From Camelus dromedarius (taxonomy: Eukaryota), in NCBI RefSeq assembly GCF_036321535.1, contig NC_087456.1, positions 10,044,001 through 10,108,000 of the forward strand: 64,000 nucleotides of DNA, written 5' to 3'. Shown here piece by piece: positions 36,680 to 49,690 of the stretch; the stretch's first letter is position 1, and the number at the start of each line of letters is the position of its first letter. The notes below the pieces were generated by a model, which saw only the letters and a list, made by a program, of their open reading frames with translations, did not search any database and was not told the origin of the DNA. The position numbers were made by a program, and so were the translations under genes.

Positions 36680-37200
36680 CCTGAACTCAGGTACGGCTGC
36701 TCGCTGCTCAGAAAATCAATACCCGAGAGGCAAATGTTGGTAGAAAAGGAAAGCTGCTTTAATCAGAAAGCAAGAAACCTGGGGAGAAGGTGGACTCAAG
36801 TCCCCGAAAATCAACACGAAAGATTCTGCTCAGCCATTAGAGTTTTTAAAGAAAAAAAGGAGGAAAGAATCTCAGTGAACCAGCAGGGCAGGAGGTCAAG
36901 CACGGCATCCTTCTCCGTTGTGTGCAGGCTGGCTGACTCCTCGTGGTCTGTCTTCAGATGTTATCTCATCCCTTGTGGGCTGCCTGCCGCATTGCCAAGG
37001 GGGCAGTTGGGGGGAGAGAGCTAGTCATTCTTTAACTGCTTAATTCTTCATTCCTACTTCTTTTAATCCAAGGAAAGAGTCAACAGGTTAGGTAAGATAT
37101 TGTGTGCATTCAGTAGAGCATAGGTCAGGAGTTACCTTAAATGTTACCTAGTGGTTTCATTTCTATAATGAGGTTCTTTTAAGGTTGGATGAGAACAGGA
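36680..37200 (-). mobile_element. ERV1-type solo LTR
   Basis: 'ggctgctcgctgctcagaaaatcaatacccgagaggcaaatgttggtagaaaaggaaagctgctttaatcag' is a typical antisense U5/R; boundaries approximate. Confidence 0.65.
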
Positions 37201-37504
37201 ACAGGTCAACAGGAAAGGCACCAAAGATCTGCTTTCATTTCATGTAGCACTTGTATTATTCTGGTTTGGAACAAAGTACATTGTGTTGTTTTCTTATATC
37301 CTTTACTCGAATATAGTCTGTAAGAGAACAGGGAGGGTGTGCCGTGAACGTAGTGGATGCTCAGTGAATCTTTTCCCCATGGAACTAATATTTTAGCCTC
37401 AGTCTTCTCAAGGACCAGATGCCCCAGAGAATTCCTGGTCCACAGCTCTCTACTTCCTTCATAGCTTTCTTCTAGAAGGTTCCAAGCCTCTGCCATCCAC
37501 TTTT

Positions 37505-37507
<3 letters not shown>

Positions 37508-37534
<27 letters not shown>
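37508..37534. repeat. (AAT)9 microsatellite
   Basis: Perfect AAT run. Confidence 0.95.
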
Positions 37535-37535
<1 letters not shown>

Positions 37536-37599
37536 GCCAACATTTACTATTGAGCCCTGAGCTAATTGATTTAATTTCATGATCAAGTTTCATCTTTGC

Positions 37600-37740
37600 A
37601 CTAAAAACATTGTTGAATCCATTTCACAAGTGACAAAACTGAGCCTCAGGAGAAACGAAATCTGCCCCAGATCACATAGCTTGTAATGTACAAGCCAGCC
37701 ATCTACAGGGGCTGAAACCAACTCTACCTAATGGAACTTG
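37600..37740 (-). mobile_element. MIR SINE
   Basis: 'ccatttcacaagtgacaaaactgagcctcagg...cccagatcacatagc'. Confidence 0.6.
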
Positions 37741-37890
37741 GGGGGAAAAAAGGATTTTGAAATCAATGTGTAATTTAAAAAATGAATTCGTGCCCTTAGG
37801 TGAGCATGTTAGAATTTTGCATTGTCAAGGTTCTAAAACAAATGTCTTTAGATTTACTCAGTTTCCAAACTCATGTGTATTCAGGACAGT

Positions 37891-38275
37891 TTTTTTTTAA
37901 AATTAATTAATTTTGTATCAAAGTATAGTCAATTTACAATGTTATGCCAATTTCTGGTGTACAGTATAATTTTTCAGTCATACATATACATACATATATT
38001 TATTTTCATATTCTTCTTCATTATAGGTTACTACAAGATATTGAATATAGGTCCCTGTGCTTTAGAGTAGAAACTTGTTTATCTGCTTTATATATAGTAG
38101 TTAGTATCTGCAAATCTCAAACTCCCAATTTATCCCTTTCTACCTCTTTCCCCCGCCCTGTTAACCATACATTTATTTTCTATGTCTGTGAGTCTGTTTC
38201 TGTTTTGTAAATAAGTTTGTGTCTTTTTTTTTAGAAAAAATATAAGTGATATCATATGGTATTTTTCTTTCTCTT
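37891..38275 (-). mobile_element. Young truncated L1 3'UTR
   Basis: Antisense L1 3'UTR (ttactacaagatattgaatatag...ttctatgtctgtgagtctgtttctg...tataagtgatatcatatggtattt); TSD ttcaggacagtttt / ttcaagacactttt. Confidence 0.9.
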
Positions 38276-39796
38276 TCAAGACACTTTTAAACACAGAAAA
38301 GTTCTTTTTTAACCAATTTGACTTCATCTGATCACTTCATCATGCCAAAAGAGAAGAGCTAACTTGTGTATTTCTCAATTAAATGCTTTTATTTGTTCTT
38401 TACTTTATTCTTAGTTTTATTTATTCACATACACACATGCATTTCCCGTGATCTAAATAATAATTTTGCCTACTGTCACCTGATGTTTGGAGCTAAGATT
38501 TCCAATGCAGGAGAGGACTAAAGGGTAAGAAAAAAAATCTTTAAAGCCTTCTGAAATGAGATCTTTATTTATAAAGTTATGTTGAGGCATAAGTGTTGCA
38601 GACAGATTTGTATTCAATGTAGTTGGAGGCTTACATGCACGTTTTACTCTGGCCTTTGATCTCCTTTCTCCTAAAATGCATGTACTTATTCTCAGCTTAC
38701 TTTAGGATTTCAATTCTGCCTTAGAGATACTGTCCTGATAGTCTGAGTCATTGGGTCCTATTCTTAATAAAGTATAGAAGATGGATAACTGTAGCACTTT
38801 CCTTCAGCTCTTATAAATCTAACAAATGGCTCCATCCATATTGCCGCTTTTGGAAGCCTTCACATTGCCTGGGTTGGTTTTTGTTCCAGATAAGAAAGGG
38901 GAATGTTTGCCAACCTCAATATTGATGAGGCTGAAAAAGCTACTGTAATCATTCTACATCTCTACAACTTAATTCTTACTGTTCAACCGGCAATGAGCGG
39001 CATTCCCCAAGCGAAAACAAAGAAAAAAAGAAGAAAAAAATGTGGCCAAAGCAAGAAAGAATCAGATACTGTCAGGTCATTGGATGCCTAAATTAAGCTG
39101 GGCCAGGCAACTTTGGGGGCTCTTAAAGGTTAGAAATGAGTTCCTAGAAATTGCTGCCAAATTCTGGTAGCAGCAATTCTCTCCCGATAGTCAGATAAGG
39201 GGATTAGACAAACGTTCTAAATATGTCCAAATTTTTTGTTGAAAAACAGGAAAACTGCCTCATCAGAATGAACTTCCTATGAATAATCAAGCTTCTAAAA
39301 TTAGGAGACACAATATGCTTTAACAGAAGAAAGAAATCACAAGAACCAGACCTTGAGCAAGAAATACTTTTCTTTGCTTTACCCCATATTTCACCTATCT
39401 TGTATTTTGTTTCAGCGTATGTTTTATAAAACTGCTTCCTCCATTCTTCTCACCAGGACTCTTTGTAAATGTAGAGATGATTTTTCAACCCATGAGACTG
39501 AGTTTGATCATTTTAGACTAAAGATTTTTTTTTTTAAGGCAAGGGAGAGAAAAACAAAAACAAAATAAAAGAATGTTGCTTGTTATTCTGTCCTGATTGG
39601 GCTATAATTATAATAAGGTAATTTACAGATTGAATCATGCTAGAAAATGCAGTCTTACCATGAGTTTAATAGAACTCTCACCATTAATATGATTGTTTTT
39701 TGATATCCTTCTTCATCATGTTCTCTGAGATTTCCAAAGCGCTCAAAAAGATTTCTTACATCCCTTATGTTGAAATAAAATTAAAACTAGCCTTAC

Positions 39797-40122
39797 CAGG
39801 GTCTATCCAGCATGCCACGAGAGAGGCCAGCATCTTCATGTTGTACATATTGAATGATCAGATCACGTGAACTCTTTAAGGAACCCAACACACTCACATT
39901 TGTCACTTGGTTTCTCACTGACAACAGTAGGGCAGGCCCAGCTGTTCCCAGCAGCTGTTCAGGATAGAATTGCCTGAGCTGAAATGCCTTCCAGCTGATG
40001 GTGGTCCCCAGGAGGGCTGGAGGACAATCACCATGTCTGGGAATGGAGGCTAGCCCCAAAGGGAGATAAACCCAAAGCATGGAGAGTAAGAAAATCACCC
40101 CCATCCTGCCTCTGCCTCTCAT
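39797..40122 (-). CDS. Candidate first coding exon of an unidentified secreted or membrane protein (hypothetical)
   Basis: TATAAA at 40189-40184; ATGs at 40122 and 40104 (the latter in aggATGG context); MGVIFLLSMLWVYLPLGLA is signal-peptide-like; NVS sequon; open to CTG|GTAAGG donor. No homologue recognised. Confidence 0.25.
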
Positions 40123-42035
40123 AGTGGAAAAAATAACTCTGTAAACCTGTTCGTTCCTAGCCTGCCCTCCCGAGGGCTTCACCTTTATAATGAGCTAGAC
40201 TAGACAAGGAGATTCTACTCCGCTCCAAATGAATTATCATTATAATAGGCATCTAGGCTGCCCATCAAAGATCCCAGAACAGGGGTAGCAGCAGAGTGGA
40301 GGCGGTAAGAACGAGGAGGGGGAGAAATTTACATACGGAGATAAGCATGGACAGTCATTAAGAGAACAGGCCTTCACTTCAAAAAGACAAGAACTCGGCA
40401 CAGGTCTCCTGCCTGTTAAATATGTACAGTGTGTGCTTATTTGATGATGAAAATCAGAGGATGGCTATTTGAATGGAAATGAATTTTAATAAGCGTTGGA
40501 GGCAGAAGAAGCAGAAACCCTCCATTCTCCCTTCTATCGCCAGGCACCTTCTTGACCATCATTACCACAAAGGAAAGAATGCCGGCATGCTAATCACGCC
40601 GGGAGGAGCCCTCTCTCTCCTCCTCAGTCTTTGTGGGTGTTCATTAACCCTGTGGGCTCCTCAGCCAGCCGAGTACAGCTGTCCCTGGGACATTTCCATA
40701 TCCCTTAAGAAAAGCTGGATGTCGAGTGAGCCTCGGAGATCCTGCCTGTAGAAAAAAAGTGGGAGAGAGCTCCCTTAGGAATAAAAGCAAAGGACTATTA
40801 GCGTTTAGCACTTACATTGCACTATTTATAAAAAATTTGCAAAACTTTGCACTTACTTTGCACTTTTATAAAATTAAGTATAATATGGTTATTTATGACT
40901 CATTTTTTTATCCTGACAAAGAGACAAAAGAATCATCCTTGTATTGCAAATCCTAATCTCCTCCTCCAGTCTGACATGAAAACTAAAATGCCCTTAGGTT
41001 ATTTATCTCTAATTGGTATTTAGGAAGCTTGAGAACACAGAAATATTCTGGTGACCGTAAGAAGTTATAACATCTACCCCCTTATTCCAAGCAAAACCAC
41101 ACAAAAAATCATTCTGGTAAAGACAACAGAATAGTTTTAAAATAGTTTAAAGAAGTTTGGCTTGAAAATGGCCACGTTCATTGGGGAGATTACAGATTCT
41201 CTAGTAACTTTTTTTGCCCAATCTTCACACTAATTCATAGGGTTATTGTTTTCTCCCTGTGTGCACTAGTCCTAAATGTATAAGGTCACTGACTTCTAAA
41301 ACAACACTATCTCACTTAAACCTTTCAGTAAAAATTATGTAGCAGATTTTTTTCCCACTGCCATCTCGATTGGTTCATTTAAGACAATAAGGTTCTCCTA
41401 GTTTATTTTATACTAAACCAGATAAATTGTGCATTTTAAGGATGGAAGAAAAGAAAATACTTTCATTCCCTAGTAATAGACTATCTAATAATTTCAATAT
41501 CTAGGAATAAACATTGTCATCAGAGAGATCTGTGGCTTCTCTACAATATACATGTCATGGTATTAGAGATACTGCCATTCACCCCACTTGCCACCAAACC
41601 ATGCCAGAGAGAAGAGAATCCAGGATGTTCTAGTAAAATTTTCCCTCTCCGAAGCCTAAAGCAAGTATTGCATTCTTAACATCATTTGCAAATGAATGTT
41701 CACTGACACATGGATGAAGTCAGCCATACATTGTAAGACTTAACCACTGAGATTTCGCCATGCAGTCAATAATATCCTATAATTTTTTTTAACTAAACCT
41801 CAATATTTGAGGAAGCAGAAGAAAGTAAGCCCAAAGAGATCCCTGCACAAAAATTTATCAATCGTTCCCCCACTCCGGAAAACTAAAATTAACCTCTGTA
41901 TTCTGTTTAGCTAGAAAGGTGCATTTAAAAAAGATAACTGAGTTTAATGAAGTTGTTCTCTCTCACCTTGTTTCCTCGAGAGCTACTCTTAACAGCCCTG
42001 CCCCTGACATCCCAGGAGTGGGTCGGGATGAAGCT

Positions 42036-42247
42036 NNNNNNNNNNNNNNNNNNNNNNNNNNNNNNNNNNNNNNNNNNNNNNNNNNNNNNNNNNNNNNNNN
42101 NNNNNNNNNNNNNNNNNNNNNNNNNNNNNNNNNNNNNNNNNNNNNNNNNNNNNNNNNNNNNNNNNNNNNNNNNNNNNNNNNNNNNNNNNNNNNNNNNNNN
42201 NNNNNNNNNNNNNNNNNNNNNNNNNNNNNNNNNNNNNNNNNNNNNNN
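42036..42247. other. Assembly gap (212 N)
   Basis: N-run. Confidence 0.95.
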
Positions 42248-43542
42248 CAGACACTCTTCCAGGCTGTCTTAGAATGGAACAAAATCGCATCCCTTCAGTA
42301 TTTGAATTGCCTGAGTTTGGATTTTAAATGTGCCCCATTATTTCATCAAATTGTGGTGTGGGGGAGAGGGGGTGTGGGGAGGAGAAAAGAGAAAGAAAAG
42401 AGAGCAAAGAGATTTTAAAATGAAAGGGAGAGATGATGACAGATGGATGCAAATGTTCCTTTTAAGTGGAGAGGAGCAGCTGATGTTGGGGCATGAAATT
42501 AAATTAGTACATCTGTGGCTGGATGCCTGTCATTCAGCTTCATATTTTCTATTCCAGAGGAGTCCGTTACCTCATGATTAGCTGGCTTACTTTCACGGGG
42601 CCGTGAATACTTCCTGCACACAAGATGGAGGTCATTGTCATAAAATGGGGCTGCGGGTGGAAAAAGCTACTCTCTCACATCATGGGGTCTGCCACACCCC
42701 CCACCCCCAGAAGGAGGGGATGCTTTAGTTGAAACTCTTTTTCCTAAAGTCACACGGAGGTGGGGGTGGGGGAGAGTGAAAGAGAAATCGGCACGTTGTC
42801 CAAGGAGACGGTGTTTACGGGCGGCCTGAGGTGTGCTGGGCAAGTAGACAATCTGCTTTTGAAAACTCCCCCTGACTTGGGCTGAAAGTGCTCAGGATTC
42901 ATAAATGTTTACGGCCATTTCTACAGAGTAACAAGACGGGCTGTTTCTTCAAGACCAGGCTCCGGGGTGCTCCCCATAAATTATGGTGCTCAAGCGTCCG
43001 AGTCCCTGTTGAAAGCCAAGCCATCCTCCAGCCTCAGGGCCGCTGCCAGGAAGGTTTATGGCTCAGTTCAGCAACTACTGCTCCAGTCTTCTCTCCTTCA
43101 TCTTGCATCTCAATTGCCCTTCTCTTTCACCCAAAAGCCCAAGGCCTAAGCCAATTATCTCCCAACCAGCAAGGCCTAGGTCACAGGCCTCGTTGACCTA
43201 GCATTACTTCACATAAGCCAAATGAACAGGGAGGCCCATTACTCAAAACCAATCACATGAAACTTAAAAAAAAAATTATTTTGAAGCCAAAGTTAATTCC
43301 TTAATATCTGCAGCAGATCCAGTAGTCACACTTGCCCACTTGTCATGGCAGTGTTCTAAGAGTGGTTCCCAAAATGGCTCATGAATTTATGCGTGGGATC
43401 ACAGAGTTGTTTGTTTTTGCCAACATTATCCAATGTCAGCTTGAATCTATTTTAAAAAATAAGAAAAACAATTAACTTAAAATTACCATCATAATAATGG
43501 TTCCTGATCTAGGTACAAGAGTGACTGAAGTCTCGTTTCACC

Positions 43543-44091
43543 TGCTGCAGGGAAATGGGGTGCAAAAGGATGGTCAGGTCTCAGGTCTTGGGTGAGTCTC
43601 TGGGACATGCTGCCAAGTGAGGGTCCTTAGGGCTTCACACAGGAAGGAACTCAAGAGCAAGAGATAGTAAAGTGAAGGCAAGCTTATTTAGAGAGAGTCA
43701 TGTTCCACAGACAGAATGAGGAAAGTCTCAGAAGGGAGAGTGGCCCTAGGGTGCAGGGGTGGTTAGTTTTTATGGGCTGGATAATTTTGTATGCTAACAA
43801 GTGGGAGAATTATTCCAACTATTTTGGGGAAGGGGTGGAGATTTACAGGAATTGGGCCACGACGCAACTTTTGGCCTTTAATGGTCAGCCTTGGAACTGC
43901 CATAGTGCCTGTGGGAGGGTCATTTAGCATGCTAATGTATTATAATGAGTGTATAATAAGGTTCAAGGTCTAATGGAAGTTTAATCTTCCACCATCTTGG
44001 CCTAGTTGGTTCAAACCAGTTTATATTGTATCCTCAAAGACTATGCCATTCTTTTAAAGGTTGTGCCCTGTCCCCTTCCCTCTTGTCTTCG
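43543..44091 (-). mobile_element. MER41-like ERV1 solo LTR
   Basis: Antisense core 'gtcatttagcatgctaatgtattataatgag...cttccaccatcttgg'; TSD CACC/TACC; end matches the 27562 and 62698 copies. Confidence 0.85.
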
Positions 44092-44166
44092 TACCCACCA
44101 AACTATTTCACGGGCTTAAAAATAAAGTTTAAAACCCTCACTATTTTACTGTTCTTCTCTCTGCAA

Positions 44167-44656
44167 TGACAGGTTTCAGAACTTGCTGCCCCAAAATACA
44201 ACACCTTGGCATACTGAATGATTTAAGCTGAAGGAATTTAAGAAAAAGCAGGTGCAGGAAGGACTTCCTGATGTTCTCCTGAAGCAGGTCATAAGACCCT
44301 CATGTGAGAGGTGCTCTCCCTACCCCTGGAGGAAAAGAGCATCCTGTCTCCAAGACAGAGGAACCCCAAGAGGAATCTGAATGAATGGGCCTTGCTGTTT
44401 TCCCCAGTTTACTATTCTTAGCTCACATGCCTTTGTCCTGTCACATTTTCCCACTATTGTCCACTCTTCATCAAACCTGGTATAAAAATACACAGGTTTA
44501 ACCATTTCATTGGGTCTTCATTTCCTTATGAAGGCTCCCATATCATGTAAAACTTATATTAAATACCATTGTATGCTTCTCTCTTGTTAATTTGTCTTTT
44601 GTTATAGATCTCCAGCTGAAAACCTAGAAGGAAAGAAATTTTTTTCTCGCCCTCCA
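44167..44656 (+). mobile_element. MER34/MER39-like ERV1 solo LTR
   Basis: 'gctgccccaaaatacaacaccttggcatactgaatgatttaagctgaagg'; TG...CA termini; TSD GCAA. Confidence 0.8.
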
Positions 44657-45989
44657 GCAAACAAAAGAGGAAAGAGGAAAAATGAATGCCCCTTTCACAA
44701 AGACCTAGCATTTCATGAAGAACACTTTCTCCAAATGGTGTCCACTGATCAAGGTGCATAAACTTGGGAGGAGGCCTAGGTGTTGCTGTTCACATCATCT
44801 GTTTAGGTTAGCACACACCGTGTGGTCTTTCTTGAGGCAATTTTCAAGTTGTCTTTTCAGATTTCTTTACACTGGAAGTGCACACACAGCGAAGATGAGG
44901 CATGCGTACCATCAGGGGAAGAAAAAGGAGAGAGAGAGAGTCCCCTGTAAATCCATCAGTGGACCGTCCATCCTCCTGGATACTTTCACCTTGCGTTCGT
45001 TCATGCCTTACAGCCCCGGCAAATTTTCCATAGCATTTCACCCGCAAGATCACCACCATACTGCTTGGCTCCCGGGCAGAGGTGATTAGCCAGCCAGTCC
45101 ATATTTAGCTCCTGTTGTTACTCCTTTCCCAGCCAACTCCTTTCTTCCCTGAAGCACTTCTGGTGTGGTTCTTGGAACTGTCTCCAGTGTGCTAGGACTG
45201 ATCTGCCCCAAGCAAAATGCTTTGCCCATCTGTGCCAAGATGTTTACATTGTTTTCCATCAATCTTTCTCTCTCCAAAGGAATTGGATAAGAAAGCATGT
45301 CTTATTCCATTGTTGCTACTGTCCCGTAACAAGAATCCTAAGGGAATCATGGAGGGAAAATCAAGCCTAAGTTATAAAAGTCAAATAGCTTTGCTTCAGT
45401 AACCAGGCCTATATGGCTATAAGACTGATGTGTGTGAGGTGGTACCCTGAGTTCTTCCTCACTTCCTTCTCCAGAGCATCCCTTTTGCTCTAGCAACCCC
45501 ACTTCCTGGCACTGTTCCCAGAGACCCCCACAAGCAACCCCTACCTTTTTTACTGTTTCTGCCTCCTAGGACTTTTTATTTCTCCCTTGCTTCCTCTCCC
45601 AGCAGGTTTCAACTTTCATCTATTCGGTGCCCATTTTTCTTAATTAAGCTAAAGTAATTCACATTAACAGTTTATCTCATTATGCCAACTAATGTGACAA
45701 TGGAATTCAATTCCAAAAGAATGATTGTGGCACAATTTTGAGGTCCCTGAGGGTCACTACTGAGGTATTTTTTTTAAAGGAGCAACTGTATTAACTTATC
45801 TCTTCACAGGACATAAAGAAACAGCTACTCTCCTGTCCAGTAGGGGTTTGATGATTATTTATTGGTTTCATTTTATTAAGAGGAGACAAACCCTTCCACT
45901 CTGATGTCCATTATCTCAAGTTGAACCTGTAGATAAAAAGATTCATTTGAAAGTGAATCAACTCTGGGGAAGGATCTGGCAACATTTTA

Positions 45990-46145
45990 GCTCACTGTTT
46001 CTCAAACTCTACTGTGCATAAGAATCACCTGGGAATCTTAGTAAAATGCAGATTTTTATTTATTGGTTCAGAGGAGGGGCCTGAGATTCTGCTCTGAGTT
46101 GATGCCTGTACCATTTACACATGGTCTATTCCTTGAACAGCAACA
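45990..46145. mobile_element. MER5A-like hAT fragment
   Basis: 'tttctcaaact...agaatcacctgggaatcttagtaaaatgcagatt...gggcctgagattctgc'. Confidence 0.7.
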
Positions 46146-46889
46146 CTCTATCCGCTGAGCATGGAACTTGGAATGAGAAAAAGGGAAGATGGGATCATTT
46201 CTGGATAATTTTCTGGGCAAGAAATGGAGACAGGAACTGGCACTGACTTAAACATAAAATGTGGCAGACTCCTCAGACTCTCTGAGGAAAGTCCATTTCC
46301 ACTGAGGAGGAAACAGGGGTCGAGGCTGGCATCATTCTCACAGATGCAGAGTTGAGAGAAGACACACAACAATGATTTGGGGGGAGGAATAATGGTGACT
46401 TTCCATCTAACAACTAGATAAATACAAAACAGCCATCATATTAAGTGTCCTTGAAGAAAACCCCTGGATTTCTGAATTCAGCTGCTTTTTTTTTTTTTTT
46501 TCACCTCTCAAATCAATCTTCACGATCACAAGGTAGAATTTCACTACAGTGCTTAGTGAAGACCTAGTACATGTGGTACACCTTCTTTGGAGGCTCACCT
46601 CACAACCTCCCTCCCATTGCTCAGAACCATAGAAGAGACTCTCGCAAGAGGCAGAGTTTATTTTAAAACTCATTCATGTATGTACAAATTCATTCATTCA
46701 AAAAGACTGGTTGCTGTCTCAGAGAGCTCAGATGGAGATATTTTAATTTCAATGCAATCTTTCAGTAAAGTCAGGCCACTTTTTTGTACTTAACAACAGG
46801 GTAAAACTGACATCTTCAATAACCTTAAAGAACATTTTTGATCCAACAGAGATTGGAGCCCATGGCTTGGATGGGGATGCGGGTTAGGC

Positions 46890-48504
46890 TCAAGAATAAC
46901 TCAGGGATTATATACCATGATCAAATGAGATTTATCCCAGAAATGCAAAATTAGTTCCATATATGAAAATTAATCAATAAAATAACTATATTAATAGAAT
47001 AATGGTAAAACCCATGATCATCACAATAGATGCAGAAAAAAGCATTTCACAAAATCCTACACCTTTTCATGACAAAAAACACTCAGCAAACTTAAAAGAG
47101 AATTTTCTCAACTTGATAACAGGCATCTAAGAAAAACTGACAAGTAATAAACTTAATAGCAAGTGACTGAATGCTTTCCCCTTAAGATCAGGAACAATAC
47201 AAGGATATCTGCTCTTACTACGTCTATTCAACATTGTACTGGAGGTGACAGCCGGAGATGTTAGGCAATAAAAATGAATAAAAGTTTCCTAGATTGGAAA
47301 GGAAGAAGTAAAACTGTTTCTTTTATGTGGAAAATATTAAAGAATACACATATGTGCACACACACACACAATTAGTAATTATAAACAACTTCAGCAACGT
47401 TACGAGATCAATATACAAAAATCAATTATACAATTTATACATGCAGAATGAACAGTCCAAAATGAAATTAAAGAAATAAGTAAATTTGCAATAGCACCAA
47501 AAAGAGTGAAATACTTGGGAATAAATTTAGCAAAAGAAGTGCAAGTTTCATACACTGAAAACTACAAAACATCACTGACAGAAATTAAAGAAGACAAATA
47601 AATGAAAAGACAGCACATGTTCACAGATTGGAAATTTAAGATTGTTAACACGGCAATATTCCCCTAACTGATCTAGAAATTTAAAGCAATTTCTTTCAAA
47701 ATCACACCTAGCTTTTTTGCAAAAATTGACAAGCTGATCCTAAAATTTTCAAGATTTCAGAATAGGTAAAACAATCTTGAAAAAGAAAATCAAAGTTGGA
47801 GTATTCACAGTTTCTGATTTTAAAACTGCAGAACAAAACAAAGTTATAATAAGCAAGACAATGTGGCACTGGCATAAGACATGCAGATCAATGGAATAAA
47901 GCTGAGTTTATAAATCAAGCCTTAAATTTATGGTAAACTGATTTTTGACAAGGTGTGAAGACAACTTAATGGGGAAAAATAGCCTTTGCAACAAGTGGGG
48001 CTAAGACAACTGGATATTCACATGCAAAAGCATGAGGTTGGACCCATGCCTCACACCGCAGACAATAATTCATTCAAAATGGATCAAACCTAAATTTAAA
48101 AGCTAAAATGATAAAACACTTGGAGGAAAACATAGACATAAACCTTCATAACTTTGGATTAGGTAATGGTTTCTTAAATATGACGTCAAAATAAAACATT
48201 TTAAAACGTAGATAAATTGGACTATGTTCAAATGTAACCTTTGCGTTTCAAAGAATACTCTCAACAAAGTGAAAAGACAGCACACAGACTGAAAGAAAAT
48301 ATCTTCTAATCATATATCCAAGGGAATGGCATCTGGAATATAAAGAACTCTTACAACTTAACGACAAAAAGTAAATAACCCAGTTTTGAATTGGGCAAAG
48401 GATTTAAATAGACTTTTTCCAAAGACACCCAAATGACCAATAAGCACTTAAAAGTTTGCTGAGCATTATTACCCGTGAGGGAAATAGAGTCAAATCTACA
48501 ACGA
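46890..48504 (+). mobile_element. L1 ORF2 (reverse transcriptase to C-terminal) relic
   Basis: 'atgatcatcacaatagatgcagaaaaaagcattt', 'ccccttaagatcaggaacaatacaagga', 'ctattcaacattgtactggagg', 'gaaatacttgggaataaattta'; disrupted frames. Confidence 0.9.
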
Positions 48505-49690
48505 GGGGGACTGACGTCAGCAAAATGGCAGCATAAGAATGTCTAGCACTCACCCCTCCAACCCCCTAATATCAATTTGAATAATTATACACACACGAAA
48601 ATACCCTCACAAGAGCCAAGGATTCCAGCTGCGGGATTACAGCATGTGGATGAAACACAGAAATAAGAAAAGACATATTGAGAAGGGTAGAAAAGACGGC
48701 TTCACACCACCCCCGTCACCCCTTCCCCAGGCCTGAGCAACCCAAGGCAGAGAGAGGCACGCTCCCCGTGGGAGGAGGGGAGCGAAGTGTGTGCCTAACC
48801 TCACTGTGGCCCTCGGAGCTTCACCAGCCCAGCATCAGTCTGACTTCCTCAGCCCTAGTGGCTTCTTGCAGGCTCTTGTGAACCCAGTCCCTGGCTCACA
48901 CTGGTGCCTGCTGGCTCCAATGGCCCCAGGTGGCTTGCTCAGCCCCAGGTCCCCAACAGACTCCCACAAACCCAGGCTCCCAGACCACCTCAGCTCTGGC
49001 TGGCCCCCTTGGCTGTGGAGCTGGTAAGGCGGGAGGAGATGGTGCGATGTGTCTCATGGTACCAGGCTCCCAGTCAGCCCCTAAGAACTTAGGCTTCTCG
49101 CCAGGCCCAGTACGAAGCCAGCTACCATGGACCTAGTGTTTCAACTCCTCCAGTACCAGGCCAGCTCCCATAGCCCCAGGCCCCTGGCCCACCCTCGTGC
49201 CAGGCCAGTTCCCCCTGACTCAGGCCCCCAAGCCACCCCAGCACAAGGAGAGCCTTGGAGCCGAACTAGTCCCTGAAGACTCAACCTCCAGAATGGCCCC
49301 CAAGGCCTCTGGTTATGGGTAGACTCCCACAGCCCCAGGATCCTGCGTCAGGCTGTTCAGTGACCGCAGCCTCCAAGAGGGCTCCCACCAAGCAAGGCTC
49401 CCAGTTTGTCCTGGTACAGGACTGACCACCACAGATGGAGATGCCGGGCACACCCCAGTGGTCCTGGTTGGCCCCTGAGGACCCAGGTTCCAGATCTCCT
49501 CATCCATTCTAGGGCACCAGTCCCATCACCACAGATTTAGGCTCCAGGCTGATCCCAGTGTCCCCAGGACAGAGACTTGCTTCCCCAAGGACTCTATCAG
49601 TAAACCCGCCTATGGACACCAAGAGACAGCCTGTCCAGAAACGCTAGATGGGCTAATGGATGAAGGCTTTGCTTGCTAAGGTCAGTCTTT
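48505..49690 (+). mobile_element. L1 5'UTR without its own ORFs
   Basis: Starts 'gggggacTGACGTCAgcAAAATGGC'; GC-rich 'ccaggccag...ccc' repeats; ends 'gtcagtctttaaagactgga' and abuts an L1 3' tip plus A-run at ~49690-49760. Confidence 0.75.
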
